Source: a virus
Taxonomy: Duplodnaviria; Caudoviricetes
Virus record (IMG/VR): IMGVR_UViG_3300005323_000008
Location: 1 to 49,213 of that record
Strand: one strand, 5' to 3'
DNA: 49,213 nt
A program made the translations under genes and the position numbers. Position 1 is the stretch's first letter. Every line of letters starts with the position of its first letter. Below the pieces are notes generated by a model that was given only the letters and a program-made list of their open reading frames with translations, was not told the origin of the DNA and made no database searches. Below are positions 9,891 through 19,588 of the stretch, piece by piece.

Positions 9891-12185
9891 TTAGGCTGTT
9901 GAGCCTGTTGTTGATTTTAGTACCCATTTAGTTAAACCATTTATATAAACATAAGATGCGGTTTGATACTGACTTAATGTGACAGCCGCACCACCATTGT
10001 AGATATTCCCACTTTCATCTATTAATATATTGTAACTTGCATTTACATTTACTATTGTCAATTCTTGCCCGTCTGTTCCGTCTGAAATCGTGGTTAAATT
10101 ATCATAAGCAGATGTTGGTGTAACCGAAACTGTCTTTTTTGCCGTTGCCGAAATAGTTGCTGTTGCTGTCAAGGTGAAAGCGTCTGGAGTAAATGATATT
10201 GAACCTGTAAGCACATTGTTATCACTTGCCCCGATTTTACCATTAAACGTGTTCCAATCTGTTGAGGTCAAAAATCCCTTTGTCGAAGTTGATGCCGCTT
10301 GACCGTTTGTATAGTCTATTGAAATTGCACCTGCCGAATAATTAAAGTCATTTGTTGTCAAACTTAAAGGAGTATAACTCGTTCCATCGCTTCCTAAAAC
10401 ATATCCTGTATAACTTGAAGCTACTAAGTCATTTACTCTTGTTAATTGTCCTGACGAATTAACATCGAATTTTGTTCCAACCGAAAATTCATGTGAAGGA
10501 ATAGTTAATTTACTATTAATGCGCACATACGTTGTGGCTGTAATATCCACTATTTCATCACCTAAAATATAAAGAATTGTTTTCGGTGAGGAAAAAATAC
10601 CATAAATAGTCCCTGTTAAATTACCAAAAGAATCATAAAACTTTATATCATTAGTTGCGCCAGCCATTACGATTCTTTGTCCACTTGTAGCCGTCTGAAT
10701 AGTCCCGCCTGTAATTGTACCACCAACTAAACTTAAATCCGCACCATCATATAAAAAGTATTTTGTAGAACCTGCGTTTTGCATCTTAAATTTAGGCACG
10801 CTGGTAACAAGTCCTAAAAAGAAACCCGCATTTGTGGTATCTACATAAGAGGTCATTCCGCTTTTAAAAGCCGCCGAAGTTCCTAAAGTTATTCCCCCAC
10901 CACTTAAAGAAACGCCTGTTGTAAGAGCTAAAGTGGTATCATTTGCCGTATCTTGCCATGCCGAACCGTTGTATCTAACCATTTTTCCGGTATCGGTTTG
11001 ATACCAAATATCTTGTAGTTTGGGTGTCGCCGGAGGACTTGTAGAGGCACTATAATAAGTATTTGGAAACCCTGTACCACCTACAATATTTACCGTTCCC
11101 GCTACCGTTAAAGTTGTATTATCCCAAGTAATATAATTTGTAGTTGAATTGCCTAATGAAAACTTATAAACTCCACCTGTATAGCCTAACCAGAATCCCG
11201 AACCTGTATTGTAAGCGGTTTGTCCGGCTCTTACATATCCGGTAGTACCCATGTTAATACTGCCATCGTCAATATAGATGTTGTTTTTAAGGTAAAGTCC
11301 TATAACATCTGGTAATGTCCCAAAAGAGGTTGTTGGTAAATCTTTTAATCGTCCTAAACGAGCCACCACCTTATTGGTAGAGTTCCAAGCCGCCCAACTG
11401 CTCACACCTGTAACAATGTCTATATAAGGTGCTGTTGTATCATCAGAGGTCAAATAAACCATGCCTTGTCGTGTTGCATCGGTAGTATTGCCAACTCTCG
11501 CAACTTCATCCCCAACACTAAAAGTACCCGAATCATAAGAGACAACAGCCGAATTACCAGAAACAGAACTTACGGTAGCATAACAACTTTTCATTACCGT
11601 AGTTGAATCCATTCTAAATCTAATCGTGAAAATCAAATCACCTGCGGCAAAAGGACACGCACCTAATTTAGTCGGGTCTTCGAAAGTAATTGTAGTTCCA
11701 TTAACACTCGCTACTTTAGCACCATTTGAGATAAATAAAGAACCATTGGTAAATCGTTTCTGAATGATTAAAAGGTCAAATACTGTTAAAGTCTTTCTAA
11801 CTAAAATATTATCTATACTTAAAAAACTTTCACCTGAATAGGAGTTATTATAATCAAATAAGAATCCCGCACCATCAAATTTATAACTTCCGGCTGTATA
11901 ACTTGGATTGCCGAACTGTAAACCATCATTCAAGGTTAAATCATAAGTTATCGGGTCTGAATTACTCAAACCAATACCAAGTTTTTTAACTCTCAATTCA
12001 TCTTCGGCATTTACGTTAAATTTGACCCAATCACCATTAAAGGCGTATAAAAAGTTAAGATTGCCACTCGTCAAAGTCTCAATAAAGGGAGTACCTTTAA
12101 GGACTGATTTGATAGACGGTCTTAACTTTCCATTTTCTAAAGCCGGAGAATATTTGTAATCTGGATTAAATTTGTCGTTTGCCAC
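9891..12185 (-). CDS. Tail spike / fibre protein
   Basis: 764 aa beta-rich; repeated GFWLG / GFFLG motifs, DIWYQTDT..RYNGSAW and GFLTSTDWNTFNGK modules. Confidence 0.7.
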   Translation of the reverse strand: MANDKFNPDYKYSPALENGKLRPSIKSVLKGTPFIETLTSGNLNFLYAFNGDWVKFNVNAEDELRVKKLGIGLSNSDPITYDLTLNDGLQFGNPSYTAGSYKFDGAGFLFDYNNSYSGESFLSIDNILVRKTLTVFDLLIIQKRFTNGSLFISNGAKVASVNGTTITFEDPTKLGACPFAAGDLIFTIRFRMDSTTVMKSCYATVSSVSGNSAVVSYDSGTFSVGDEVARVGNTTDATRQGMVYLTSDDTTAPYIDIVTGVSSWAAWNSTNKVVARLGRLKDLPTTSFGTLPDVIGLYLKNNIYIDDGSINMGTTGYVRAGQTAYNTGSGFWLGYTGGVYKFSLGNSTTNYITWDNTTLTVAGTVNIVGGTGFPNTYYSASTSPPATPKLQDIWYQTDTGKMVRYNGSAWQDTANDTTLALTTGVSLSGGGITLGTSAAFKSGMTSYVDTTNAGFFLGLVTSVPKFKMQNAGSTKYFLYDGADLSLVGGTITGGTIQTATSGQRIVMAGATNDIKFYDSFGNLTGTIYGIFSSPKTILYILGDEIVDITATTYVRINSKLTIPSHEFSVGTKFDVNSSGQLTRVNDLVASSYTGYVLGSDGTSYTPLSLTTNDFNYSAGAISIDYTNGQAASTSTKGFLTSTDWNTFNGKIGASDNNVLTGSISFTPDAFTLTATATISATAKKTVSVTPTSAYDNLTTISDGTDGQELTIVNVNASYNILIDESGNIYNGGAAVTLSQYQTASYVYINGLTKWVLKSTTGSTA

Positions 12186-14337
12186 GATTGATTATCCTGT
12201 ATTTAAGTTTTGCGGTATTAAGTTCTGTAACTCCCGCACCTGTAACGGTTAGATTTATTTTGTTGCAAGTTCTAATTGCGCCCGTCATTGCGTCTGTTTC
12301 TTTTTCGTAATTCTTATAGTCAGTTGATAAAGTCGAATTGGTAGTGTCGCTAACGGTCAAATTACCTGAATCTTGCGGATTTAATAGAGTAAATGTAGCC
12401 GTCTGGTCGTCTTTTTTCTTATAATCGACATATAACTTTCTTAATCTTCCTAAAGCATTTGCCTCTTCAAAAGTATAAGTCTTGCTTGTAAACGTAGGTA
12501 CTATTTCTTGTGTGGTTGCCGCCGCTTCGTAATCTAAAGACACGCTTTCATCATATTTATAAAGATAAGTGCCACCTAAAAGTAAAGTTCCCTTTGTGGT
12601 TCCTAAAGTCTTTTCTATCACCGAATAAGTATTTATATTCCCTACATAGGTAAATTCATACCAACAGTTCAATAATTCATCATAAACCACTAATTTATTT
12701 AGGGAATCAAAAACACCCGCCAAAATATACCACTGATAATAATTTGAGTAAGCAGAGTCGTATAGAGTAGTAAGTCCACTTAAAGTCGTTCTTTTGGGAA
12801 TAGAAATCGGAGTATTTATACTATCTGGAAATCTATAAACTTGTTTATTTGATATGAAATAAATCCTATTTCCTATCTTCTGAATTGAGTTGGGAGAATC
12901 ACACCCTATTTGAGTAGTTACGGTCTGGACTTTCCAATTTAATGGATTACCAAAGACAAATATCTGTGCTATTGAGTTCCTTTTAAAAACTAATATTCCA
13001 TCAGCAACGGGTAAAATACCCGTTATTTCATCACCATTATCAGGTAGAACCTGTGTAATATTTATGGTGTTTATTTGTGATGGTTTGCCTATTTCTGTAT
13101 ATACAACCGAACTATTAAAAGTAGTAGATGAAGAGGTTGCACTAGGCAAGGTTTCACTTGTAACGGCCGTTCCTCCCGCATCGTCATTAGAACGTGGGTC
13201 GATATTTAGGAAATAAAAAGTAACATTATCAGTTGAACGATAAAGTCTAATTTGATAACTTGGGTCTAATGGTACGGGTACTGCACCAAAAGTTACTCTT
13301 CCATTCGCTCCAACGGTTACACTTATAGACGCCCGACTCGCAGAGGTTTTTCCTGTTGAATCAACAAAAACTATTTTATAATAATAAGTCCCTGCGGTCA
13401 ATAACCCGCCACTACCAGCAGTTCCATTGAAAGAATAACCATTTGCGGCACTCATAGAACTTACAGTACCATAAACCATATCCGGTATAAAGTCTGCAAT
13501 GCCTATATTCCCCCAAAATAACCTTTCTTGATAAGTCGTAACATATTTTGCGGTATCCAATGTACTTACTAAAGTTATATACTCTGATTGGTCTAAAGAC
13601 GTATCAGGATAAATGTCAGACCAAACGGTAGCGGTATTATCTATTGATTGACATAAATAAAATATATTTCCACCACCTGTTGTCCTGAAAATTAAACGTC
13701 GCACTACTCTTCCATCCGAACTAACAGGTAAATTTGAAAATTGCACACCTCTATATGTAGAGTTTGCTGTTATATTGGAATTAGCACAAAAATGTGTAAA
13801 TGGTGCAGAAGGTGCAGAATATTCACCAGAAGCAGTTACATAAACCATTACCCATTGATAATATGTATTTGGAGTTAAAGCGGGGACTGTTGTATTTATT
13901 GAAGTAATGCCACTTACATCGGGTTTTGTAATATTATAAGTATATACACTTGCAAATGCGCTTCCTGTGATAATAAAAGGCGCATCTGTACCGTTTGTAA
14001 TGTAATGAGAGTTGTTATAAGTCTGTAATCTTGTCTTTGCGTTAGAAGTCAAACTACCTTTTACCGCACTCCACGCACCTGTACCACTTAAAGATTTTGA
14101 AAAGTTAGTACCTATCTGTCCCACAACATAATTTGCTCCAGCACTATCCAAAATATCGTGTAAAGAGTAAGCGGCTCCGGCATTTGTATTAAAAAGATTT
14201 ATTCCACCTCTTTTAACAGGCTTGCCAATAGACTTATTAAGGACAAAATTCTTTAATACCGTTGCTTCGGTTTCTTTTATGCTTTCGGGGTCTTGTGATT
14301 CATTAACTCCCGCTATGTTCTTGATTACTAAATCCAC
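12166..14337 (-). CDS. Tail nozzle / stabilisation protein (P22 gp10 / T7 tail tubular B-like)
   Basis: N-terminal GVNE..DP..I...EA..LKN....KRGG; propeller motifs GDEITG..LVFKRNS, IGCDSPNSI; follows adaptors. Confidence 0.75.
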   Translation of the reverse strand: MDLVIKNIAGVNESQDPESIKETEATVLKNFVLNKSIGKPVKRGGINLFNTNAGAAYSLHDILDSAGANYVVGQIGTNFSKSLSGTGAWSAVKGSLTSNAKTRLQTYNNSHYITNGTDAPFIITGSAFASVYTYNITKPDVSGITSINTTVPALTPNTYYQWVMVYVTASGEYSAPSAPFTHFCANSNITANSTYRGVQFSNLPVSSDGRVVRRLIFRTTGGGNIFYLCQSIDNTATVWSDIYPDTSLDQSEYITLVSTLDTAKYVTTYQERLFWGNIGIADFIPDMVYGTVSSMSAANGYSFNGTAGSGGLLTAGTYYYKIVFVDSTGKTSASRASISVTVGANGRVTFGAVPVPLDPSYQIRLYRSTDNVTFYFLNIDPRSNDDAGGTAVTSETLPSATSSSTTFNSSVVYTEIGKPSQINTINITQVLPDNGDEITGILPVADGILVFKRNSIAQIFVFGNPLNWKVQTVTTQIGCDSPNSIQKIGNRIYFISNKQVYRFPDSINTPISIPKRTTLSGLTTLYDSAYSNYYQWYILAGVFDSLNKLVVYDELLNCWYEFTYVGNINTYSVIEKTLGTTKGTLLLGGTYLYKYDESVSLDYEAAATTQEIVPTFTSKTYTFEEANALGRLRKLYVDYKKKDDQTATFTLLNPQDSGNLTVSDTTNSTLSTDYKNYEKETDAMTGAIRTCNKINLTVTGAGVTELNTAKLKYRIINRGKRQI

Positions 14338-14960
14338 TAATAACCACCCATTGAATATTTAGTAGAAGTTCTATTCCTATACTGCGATTCTCTTAAAGAG
14401 TTCATCTCTTTTTCGTATTTCGGTAAAATATCATCATAAATTTCAGAAAGGATATAAAGTACAACGGCTCTGTTATATCTCTGTGGGAGTCTTAAACTGC
14501 CATAAAACTTACCATTAAATCCGCCCCAATCATTATCAGAGTCAGAAGCATAATTGGTATCTACATCATAATAAACGGTCAATTCTTTATCCGCTTCACT
14601 TAAATCAAACTGAACGGAGAGAGTATCGGCTAATTTAATCGCATATCTTGTCGGTGTACCTTCGGCAGTTACAATTTCCTGCATCTCGCCTAAATTAACT
14701 CTGTCTAAAGGCACATTATCAACTGTAATTTTAGTTATGTTTGAACAATCGGTAGGTAGTTCATAACTAAATTCATCCTCTATCATAATCAGAGTATATT
14801 CACCACTTAAAATATTGTGTCGTCTTTGAATATCCTGTTGAGCATCCGAAATCCATTTAGCAATAATCTTGTCGCCAAACTGTATTTCTTTTGCGCCTCT
14901 TTTCTGACATTCGAGTTTATATTTTACTACAAAATCATCCCTAATATCTTGTAAAGTCAT
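14337..14960 (-). CDS. Head-tail adaptor / ring protein 3
   Basis: MTLQDIR...WISDAQQDI...YELPTDC...GTPTRY...LPQRY..AVVLY pattern. Confidence 0.7.
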   Translation of the reverse strand: MTLQDIRDDFVVKYKLECQKRGAKEIQFGDKIIAKWISDAQQDIQRRHNILSGEYTLIMIEDEFSYELPTDCSNITKITVDNVPLDRVNLGEMQEIVTAEGTPTRYAIKLADTLSVQFDLSEADKELTVYYDVDTNYASDSDNDWGGFNGKFYGSLRLPQRYNRAVVLYILSEIYDDILPKYEKEMNSLRESQYRNRTSTKYSMGGY

Positions 14961-14967
14961 ATTTTAC

Positions 14968-15660
14968 CTACGAAAGTTTAGCGTTTGTTGTTGCCGCACT
15001 TCTATTCAATTCTGCCTGTTTACCATTGAATTTAGCATAAACGGTGGCTAAATTTGCTTCTAAAGCCTGAATTTTATTTTCTTTATTCTCGATTCTGTTT
15101 AAATCCGCCTCTACTTCAATAACCGCTTTCTGTAAAATAAAATCTTCAAATTCTGTAGGTATTTCTGTAATATCAGAGTCAGAACTTAAATCTGTAATAC
15201 ATTTATAATAATGCACCGTACCACCTGTTATTGTAGTTGGAGCTAAATGTATAGTCCCTGAAATCCTTGCAAAAGCTGGTTTTGTTAAAGTAGGTGCAAG
15301 ATAAGTATTTGAAAGTTGTTCGTGGAACACTCCTTCATCGATAGGATAAGCCAACCCTTTTCCCATAGAACCGTCTGTAGTCTCAATAAATCTAATTGAT
15401 GCCGGACTTTCCAACATACCTGTTAAAACAGTAACTAAGAAAGTTTTTGTACTTACCGCACCGAAAGTCCCCGAACTTAAAGTCCCTGTTGCAATAGATG
15501 TTTCCCACTTCTTCATCCCCAAACCATTAAGTTGAGTCTGGACGTATCTTGCAGAGTGATTTATAATTCTATTTAATCTAAGAGTCGGAAATTGAGGGTG
15601 ATTTCTTACATCTGCTCTTAAAATTAATTCATCCCTTAATTGTAATAATGTTGCCGCCAT
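14968..15660 (-). CDS. Head-tail adaptor / ring protein 2
   Basis: TLLQLR...LNRIIN...IHLAPT...Y....TDL..DSD..EIP.EF...I...A pattern. Confidence 0.7.
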   Translation of the reverse strand: MAATLLQLRDELILRADVRNHPQFPTLRLNRIINHSARYVQTQLNGLGMKKWETSIATGTLSSGTFGAVSTKTFLVTVLTGMLESPASIRFIETTDGSMGKGLAYPIDEGVFHEQLSNTYLAPTLTKPAFARISGTIHLAPTTITGGTVHYYKCITDLSSDSDITEIPTEFEDFILQKAVIEVEADLNRIENKENKIQALEANLATVYAKFNGKQAELNRSAATTNAKLS

Positions 15661-15667
15661 ATCTCAC

Positions 15668-16279
15668 CTATATATATAAAGTTTGGGTTAATGTAAAAAA
15701 TGTTTGAAACTCTTGACTTGCTCTTGGATTTTCGTCTTTGTTTAATAAGAAAGCTATTGCATAACTCACTATTGCGTTATAAGCCATAACAGGTAATACG
15801 GGGTCAACCGAATCGGACATATCGGTTATTACTTTTAAATAGTCCATCATCCAAGCTATTGAACCTGTTTCGTGGACAACTTGTGTGCTCGAAATCGAGA
15901 CATAAGGCTGTGTAGAAGAACTTACTAAGTAAGTATTAAGCCTTTGGTGTCTATCTACCCCATCTCCACGAATGTAAATTGGTACATTGGTAGTAGTAAC
16001 ATACAAATTAAGATAAGTCCAATAGTCTGCTGGCAAATTTCCAGTACCCGTTGCTGTTGTAGTTGTCGCTAATAAAGCTCTTAGTATTTCGGGTAACTTC
16101 TCATTATTAGTTATCTTGCTTCTCTGTTTATACATTGTCAAAATAATATTAGCAATTTCTTTCTGCCCATCATTTAACGCCGCATAAATTTCAGTATCAG
16201 TCCAAAAACCCGCACTTGCTTCGTCTAAAGAAGTTCTTACTTTTGCCTTTAGAGCTTTCGCCAAATCACCTGTCGCCAT
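15668..16279 (-). CDS. Head-tail adaptor / ring protein 1
   Basis: VRTSLDE....FWTDTEIYAALNDGQ...LPADY...LP...NAIVSYA pattern. Confidence 0.7.
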   Translation of the reverse strand: MATGDLAKALKAKVRTSLDEASAGFWTDTEIYAALNDGQKEIANIILTMYKQRSKITNNEKLPEILRALLATTTTATGTGNLPADYWTYLNLYVTTTNVPIYIRGDGVDRHQRLNTYLVSSSTQPYVSISSTQVVHETGSIAWMMDYLKVITDMSDSVDPVLPVMAYNAIVSYAIAFLLNKDENPRASQEFQTFFTLTQTLYI

Positions 16280-16296
16280 GAATCACCTTTATTTAA

Positions 16297-16313
16297 GGGG
16301 GCTAAACGCCCCC
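16297..16313 (-). promoter_or_regulatory. Intergenic GC stem-loop (weak terminator or mRNA stabiliser)
   Basis: GGGGGC-5 nt-GCCCCC with only a weak U tract. Confidence 0.5.
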
Positions 16314-16319
16314 AATGAA

Positions 16320-16829
16320 TTAAGAAGGATTGGGTACACAATAAAAGAATTTTGCTGTTCCGGAAGTTCCCATATTTAAGCCACTCGAATTGAATGTAAG
16401 TCTGTAATAAGGCGCATAGGTACTTGATAAGTCAACTATTGCCTGTTTTACACCTGTTACGTTTGGAGTGGTATCGGCTATAACGGTTGCAATGTCTGTC
16501 CAATTTGTGCCGTCATAAGAAGCAGAAAGAGAAAGAATAGCTACAACATCGTCATAAGCTACAACTACATTCATACCACAAAGGAACTTTGTTCCGGAGA
16601 AATGGTTTCTTGGAACTGTATTTACTGCTACTGTTTTGGTTGCTATCGAAGCGGCACGATAACCGAAAGGATAACTAACTAATGCGTTTGCTGTATTCGC
16701 TAATACCGCAGATGTGTCGGTCACACCATAAGTATAACCTTCTTGTCCCCATTTACCACCGACACCGTTGGTAGGGACTGTGGATTCAACAAAATAAGAT
16801 GTGTGCTGTTGATATGCGTTTACTGACAT
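16320..16829 (-). CDS. Putative capsid decoration / virion protein
   Basis: 169 aa beta-rich; SYDGTNW...APYYRL jelly-roll-like pattern; downstream of MCP. Confidence 0.5.
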   Translation of the reverse strand: MSVNAYQQHTSYFVESTVPTNGVGGKWGQEGYTYGVTDTSAVLANTANALVSYPFGYRAASIATKTVAVNTVPRNHFSGTKFLCGMNVVVAYDDVVAILSLSASYDGTNWTDIATVIADTTPNVTGVKQAIVDLSSTYAPYYRLTFNSSGLNMGTSGTAKFFYCVPNPS

Positions 16830-16830
16830 T

Positions 16831-17292
16831 TTATACCTCTATTTGTTTCTTGAGTTCTTCGAACTCGGTTAATAATTGAGCAATCTCCTCTTTTTTGAAA
16901 TGCGGAGAAGGCTTTTTGATTTCTCCCTTTTCATTAAAAAGTTTAGCTTTAAGCTCACCATAACGGACAAATTTGGAGGTGTCAATTTTAACTTCTTTCG
17001 GAGGCTCAGCTTTTGGTAAATTTTCCTCAATCTTAATTACCTCAACACCGGAATCTTTCTGTATATAATTCACTTGCGGAGGTTTCTCGAAATTAGGTAC
17101 TTTACCATCTTTTGATTCTCGTATATTCCTATTAAAAAGAGGATATTTTCTTATAGACTCTGCTATTTCGGCATCTTCTGTACAAAAATAACCGCATTGT
17201 ACACCAACCATTTTTTGAAATTCGGCAAGTTTTCTGCCGTTATCCCAAAGTTTTGTTCCCTTATGGGTTCCATCTGAAAAAAAATGATACAT
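16831..17292 (-). CDS. Hypothetical protein after major capsid
   Basis: 153-aa ORF with AAGGGAG RBS. Confidence 0.75.
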   Translation of the reverse strand: MYHFFSDGTHKGTKLWDNGRKLAEFQKMVGVQCGYFCTEDAEIAESIRKYPLFNRNIRESKDGKVPNFEKPPQVNYIQKDSGVEVIKIEENLPKAEPPKEVKIDTSKFVRYGELKAKLFNEKGEIKKPSPHFKKEEIAQLLTEFEELKKQIEV

Positions 17293-17310
17293 AGGTTCTC
17301 CCTTTTATTT

Positions 17311-17326
17311 GGGGACTTTCGTCCCC
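17311..17326 (-). promoter_or_regulatory. GAAA-tetraloop hairpin after major capsid gene
   Basis: Minus strand GGGGAC-GAAA-GTCCCC with no U tract. Confidence 0.55.
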
Positions 17327-17332
17327 GTTAAA

Positions 17333-18502
17333 TTATGCTTTATATAAAATTCCATGAACTTCTTCATTTGGAATCTGGCATCCAATATCAGCTAACAGTT
17401 TTGTTGATTTACCATCTGTACCCGGAGTTTCAACATTCTGCTCTAATCTGAATTTTCTTGAACCTTTATCATCACTATCCATATATCTCATTTTGATATT
17501 TTTGGGGTCAACAGCAAATAATGAGTAAGAGAATTTGCCTTCAAAAATAGGATTCCATTTGATTTTTGCTTCACCGAAAGGAGTCAAATATGTTGTTACG
17601 TTGATACCGTATTCTTTGGTCATGTTCTGTAACTGATATTTGTTCTTGATGAATTTGTTTATATCCATTATAGCATCAGCACCACCATAAATATCTCTTG
17701 TCTTTGAACCTTTCTGCATAACTGTCTTTAAAAAATCTTCAAATACATCTTCTGTAATTGTGCCTGTATAAGGAATTTTGTTAGTTGTTACTCTACCCAA
17801 GAAACCTTCGCCAAAGGTAATTCTGTAATTGGTAGAAATTGTTCCGCTATATGCAAGTGTCGAGAACCAGAAATTTCTTTCAAAGGTAAGTTTCATCTGT
17901 AATGTAGCTTTCTTTACCTGTTCAGCGTGAGATTTACCATTGGTATATTTCTCGCCTGCCTGATAACGACCAGAGGTTGTTACTGTTTCAGAATGAATTG
18001 TGCAATAGTTGAATTTTTCAATTTCACTTGTGAAAGCGGCTGTTCTTGCAACGTCAAATTCATGGTTTCTTGAACCGATTTTTCTCATGTAACCTGTGGT
18101 ACAAGCTGTAATGAGTGTTGAACCATCAAGGATTGTTATATCAACCTGATTAGAGTCTAATGAATCAATGTATACAACTTGTTCGGTTGTGTCAATTAAC
18201 CATACATCACCTACGTTGAATACGGTATAAGAACCTACGGTAATGTTATCTTCCGAAGTAGCTCCACCTGTGATATTGGTAATAGTTGTCTGATGCGGGA
18301 ATAACTCATCTTCGAACCAACTGAATTTACCATTTTCGTTGATTACTTTTTCGCTTGAATTTTTGCTGAAATACAAACTCTGCATAAGCGGAGTCTGATA
18401 TGGTTCTAATAGATATAGAAATCTATCTACATCTGGCATTTGATTTGCGGCTAACTGATTAACAGTTGTCTGTGTGCCGATTACTGTGGTTGTATAAGCC
18501 AT
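17333..18502 (-). CDS. Major capsid protein
   Basis: 389 aa after scaffold; PYQTPL, KFSWFEDEL, NYCTI..ETV..SG, YG..VT.Y.TPFG, E..HG pattern of DUF5309/SU10-like capsids. Confidence 0.85.
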   Translation of the reverse strand: MAYTTTVIGTQTTVNQLAANQMPDVDRFLYLLEPYQTPLMQSLYFSKNSSEKVINENGKFSWFEDELFPHQTTITNITGGATSEDNITVGSYTVFNVGDVWLIDTTEQVVYIDSLDSNQVDITILDGSTLITACTTGYMRKIGSRNHEFDVARTAAFTSEIEKFNYCTIHSETVTTSGRYQAGEKYTNGKSHAEQVKKATLQMKLTFERNFWFSTLAYSGTISTNYRITFGEGFLGRVTTNKIPYTGTITEDVFEDFLKTVMQKGSKTRDIYGGADAIMDINKFIKNKYQLQNMTKEYGINVTTYLTPFGEAKIKWNPIFEGKFSYSLFAVDPKNIKMRYMDSDDKGSRKFRLEQNVETPGTDGKSTKLLADIGCQIPNEEVHGILYKA

Positions 18503-18514
18503 TTTAATTTTTCC

Positions 18515-19393
18515 TTATTCTGAGACCATATCTATAAGTGTTTCCATCAATGGGTCTTTCGATTCTTTACTTTCTCGTTTGACACTATTCAAATCGGTAG
18601 ATTTTTTCTGATTAATCTCTTTTATAGTCTTAGAAGTTTTCTTTACAACTTCATCGCCAATTTCTTTTTCTTTCTTTAATGAAAGTTCTTCAAATTTACT
18701 GGCTTTATAAAAGTTAATCACCGATTTTGCCATTTGTTCGGGATGATTAAACCAATATTTGATTTCTTCATCGTTCCCACGAACACCATTGGCTTCGCCC
18801 CATTCGAGAATTAAATTATCTACATCTGTACCCTCATCAACAGAATCCATTATAGAGGTCATAATTTGATTTTCTCGTTGTTTATTAGTATAATCTTCAA
18901 CGGTTTTAATCTGGTTGCCGAATTTTTTCTCGAACATATCGCCGATTTTCTTTTCGAGGTCAGATTCTTTCCGTTTGTCCCTATTCTCCAACCATCTATT
19001 AAATCCTTGACGGTCAGTAACGGGGTCTGGTATTTCTTCGATTATTTCTTTTGTCTCTTCTTTTTCGGCTTTAGTTGCCTGACTCATAATCGATTTTTCG
19101 AGTTGTTCAACTTTCTTTCCTAATTCAGATAACGCCTGAGACTTTTGCGTATAATTTGCTTGCAAGTTCCTAATCGCTTTAGGGAGTTCGTCCATAGACT
19201 TTCCGACAAACGAAGTTGGTAATCCTGCTTTCTTAGCAAATTCTTCCGTTATTGTTGAGACTTCAGATTGGTCTTTTGAGACTTCTTTAGTTTCAACTTC
19301 TTTTTCTACGATTTCATTTTCGGTTTGGTCATTTTGACTACCGACTGAGTCGTGTAAATCTTGCATGAGAGTGCTTTCAGCTTGCTCTGCCAT
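18515..19393 (-). CDS. Scaffolding protein
   Basis: Acidic coiled coil with LQANYTQKSQ and PDPVTD motifs, between portal and MCP. Confidence 0.75.
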   Translation of the reverse strand: MAEQAESTLMQDLHDSVGSQNDQTENEIVEKEVETKEVSKDQSEVSTITEEFAKKAGLPTSFVGKSMDELPKAIRNLQANYTQKSQALSELGKKVEQLEKSIMSQATKAEKEETKEIIEEIPDPVTDRQGFNRWLENRDKRKESDLEKKIGDMFEKKFGNQIKTVEDYTNKQRENQIMTSIMDSVDEGTDVDNLILEWGEANGVRGNDEEIKYWFNHPEQMAKSVINFYKASKFEELSLKKEKEIGDEVVKKTSKTIKEINQKKSTDLNSVKRESKESKDPLMETLIDMVSE

Positions 19394-19417
19394 TTCTGTA
19401 TTCCTTTTTGTTGTTGA

Positions 19418-19588
19418 CTAATTGAGGACGAGTCCGTCCTTAAAACTTTTTCTTAAAAGATATTTCTTTTTCTCTCCATTTTCTTTTGTATATTCGATTT
19501 CTAAAACTTGCTCTTTTTCATTCCATTTTGCTTCAATGGGAAGATTGCTTTTAATCTGTACTCTTTTACCTTCAATGTAGATTATCAT
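19418..19588 (-). CDS. 56-aa protein with HemP-like C-terminal motif
   Basis: Read manually: MIIYIEGKRV...LEIEYTKENGEKKKYLLRKSFKDGLVLN; ATGA overlap with portal stop. Confidence 0.6.
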   Translation of the reverse strand: MIIYIEGKRVQIKSNLPIEAKWNEKEQVLEIEYTKENGEKKKYLLRKSFKDGLVLN

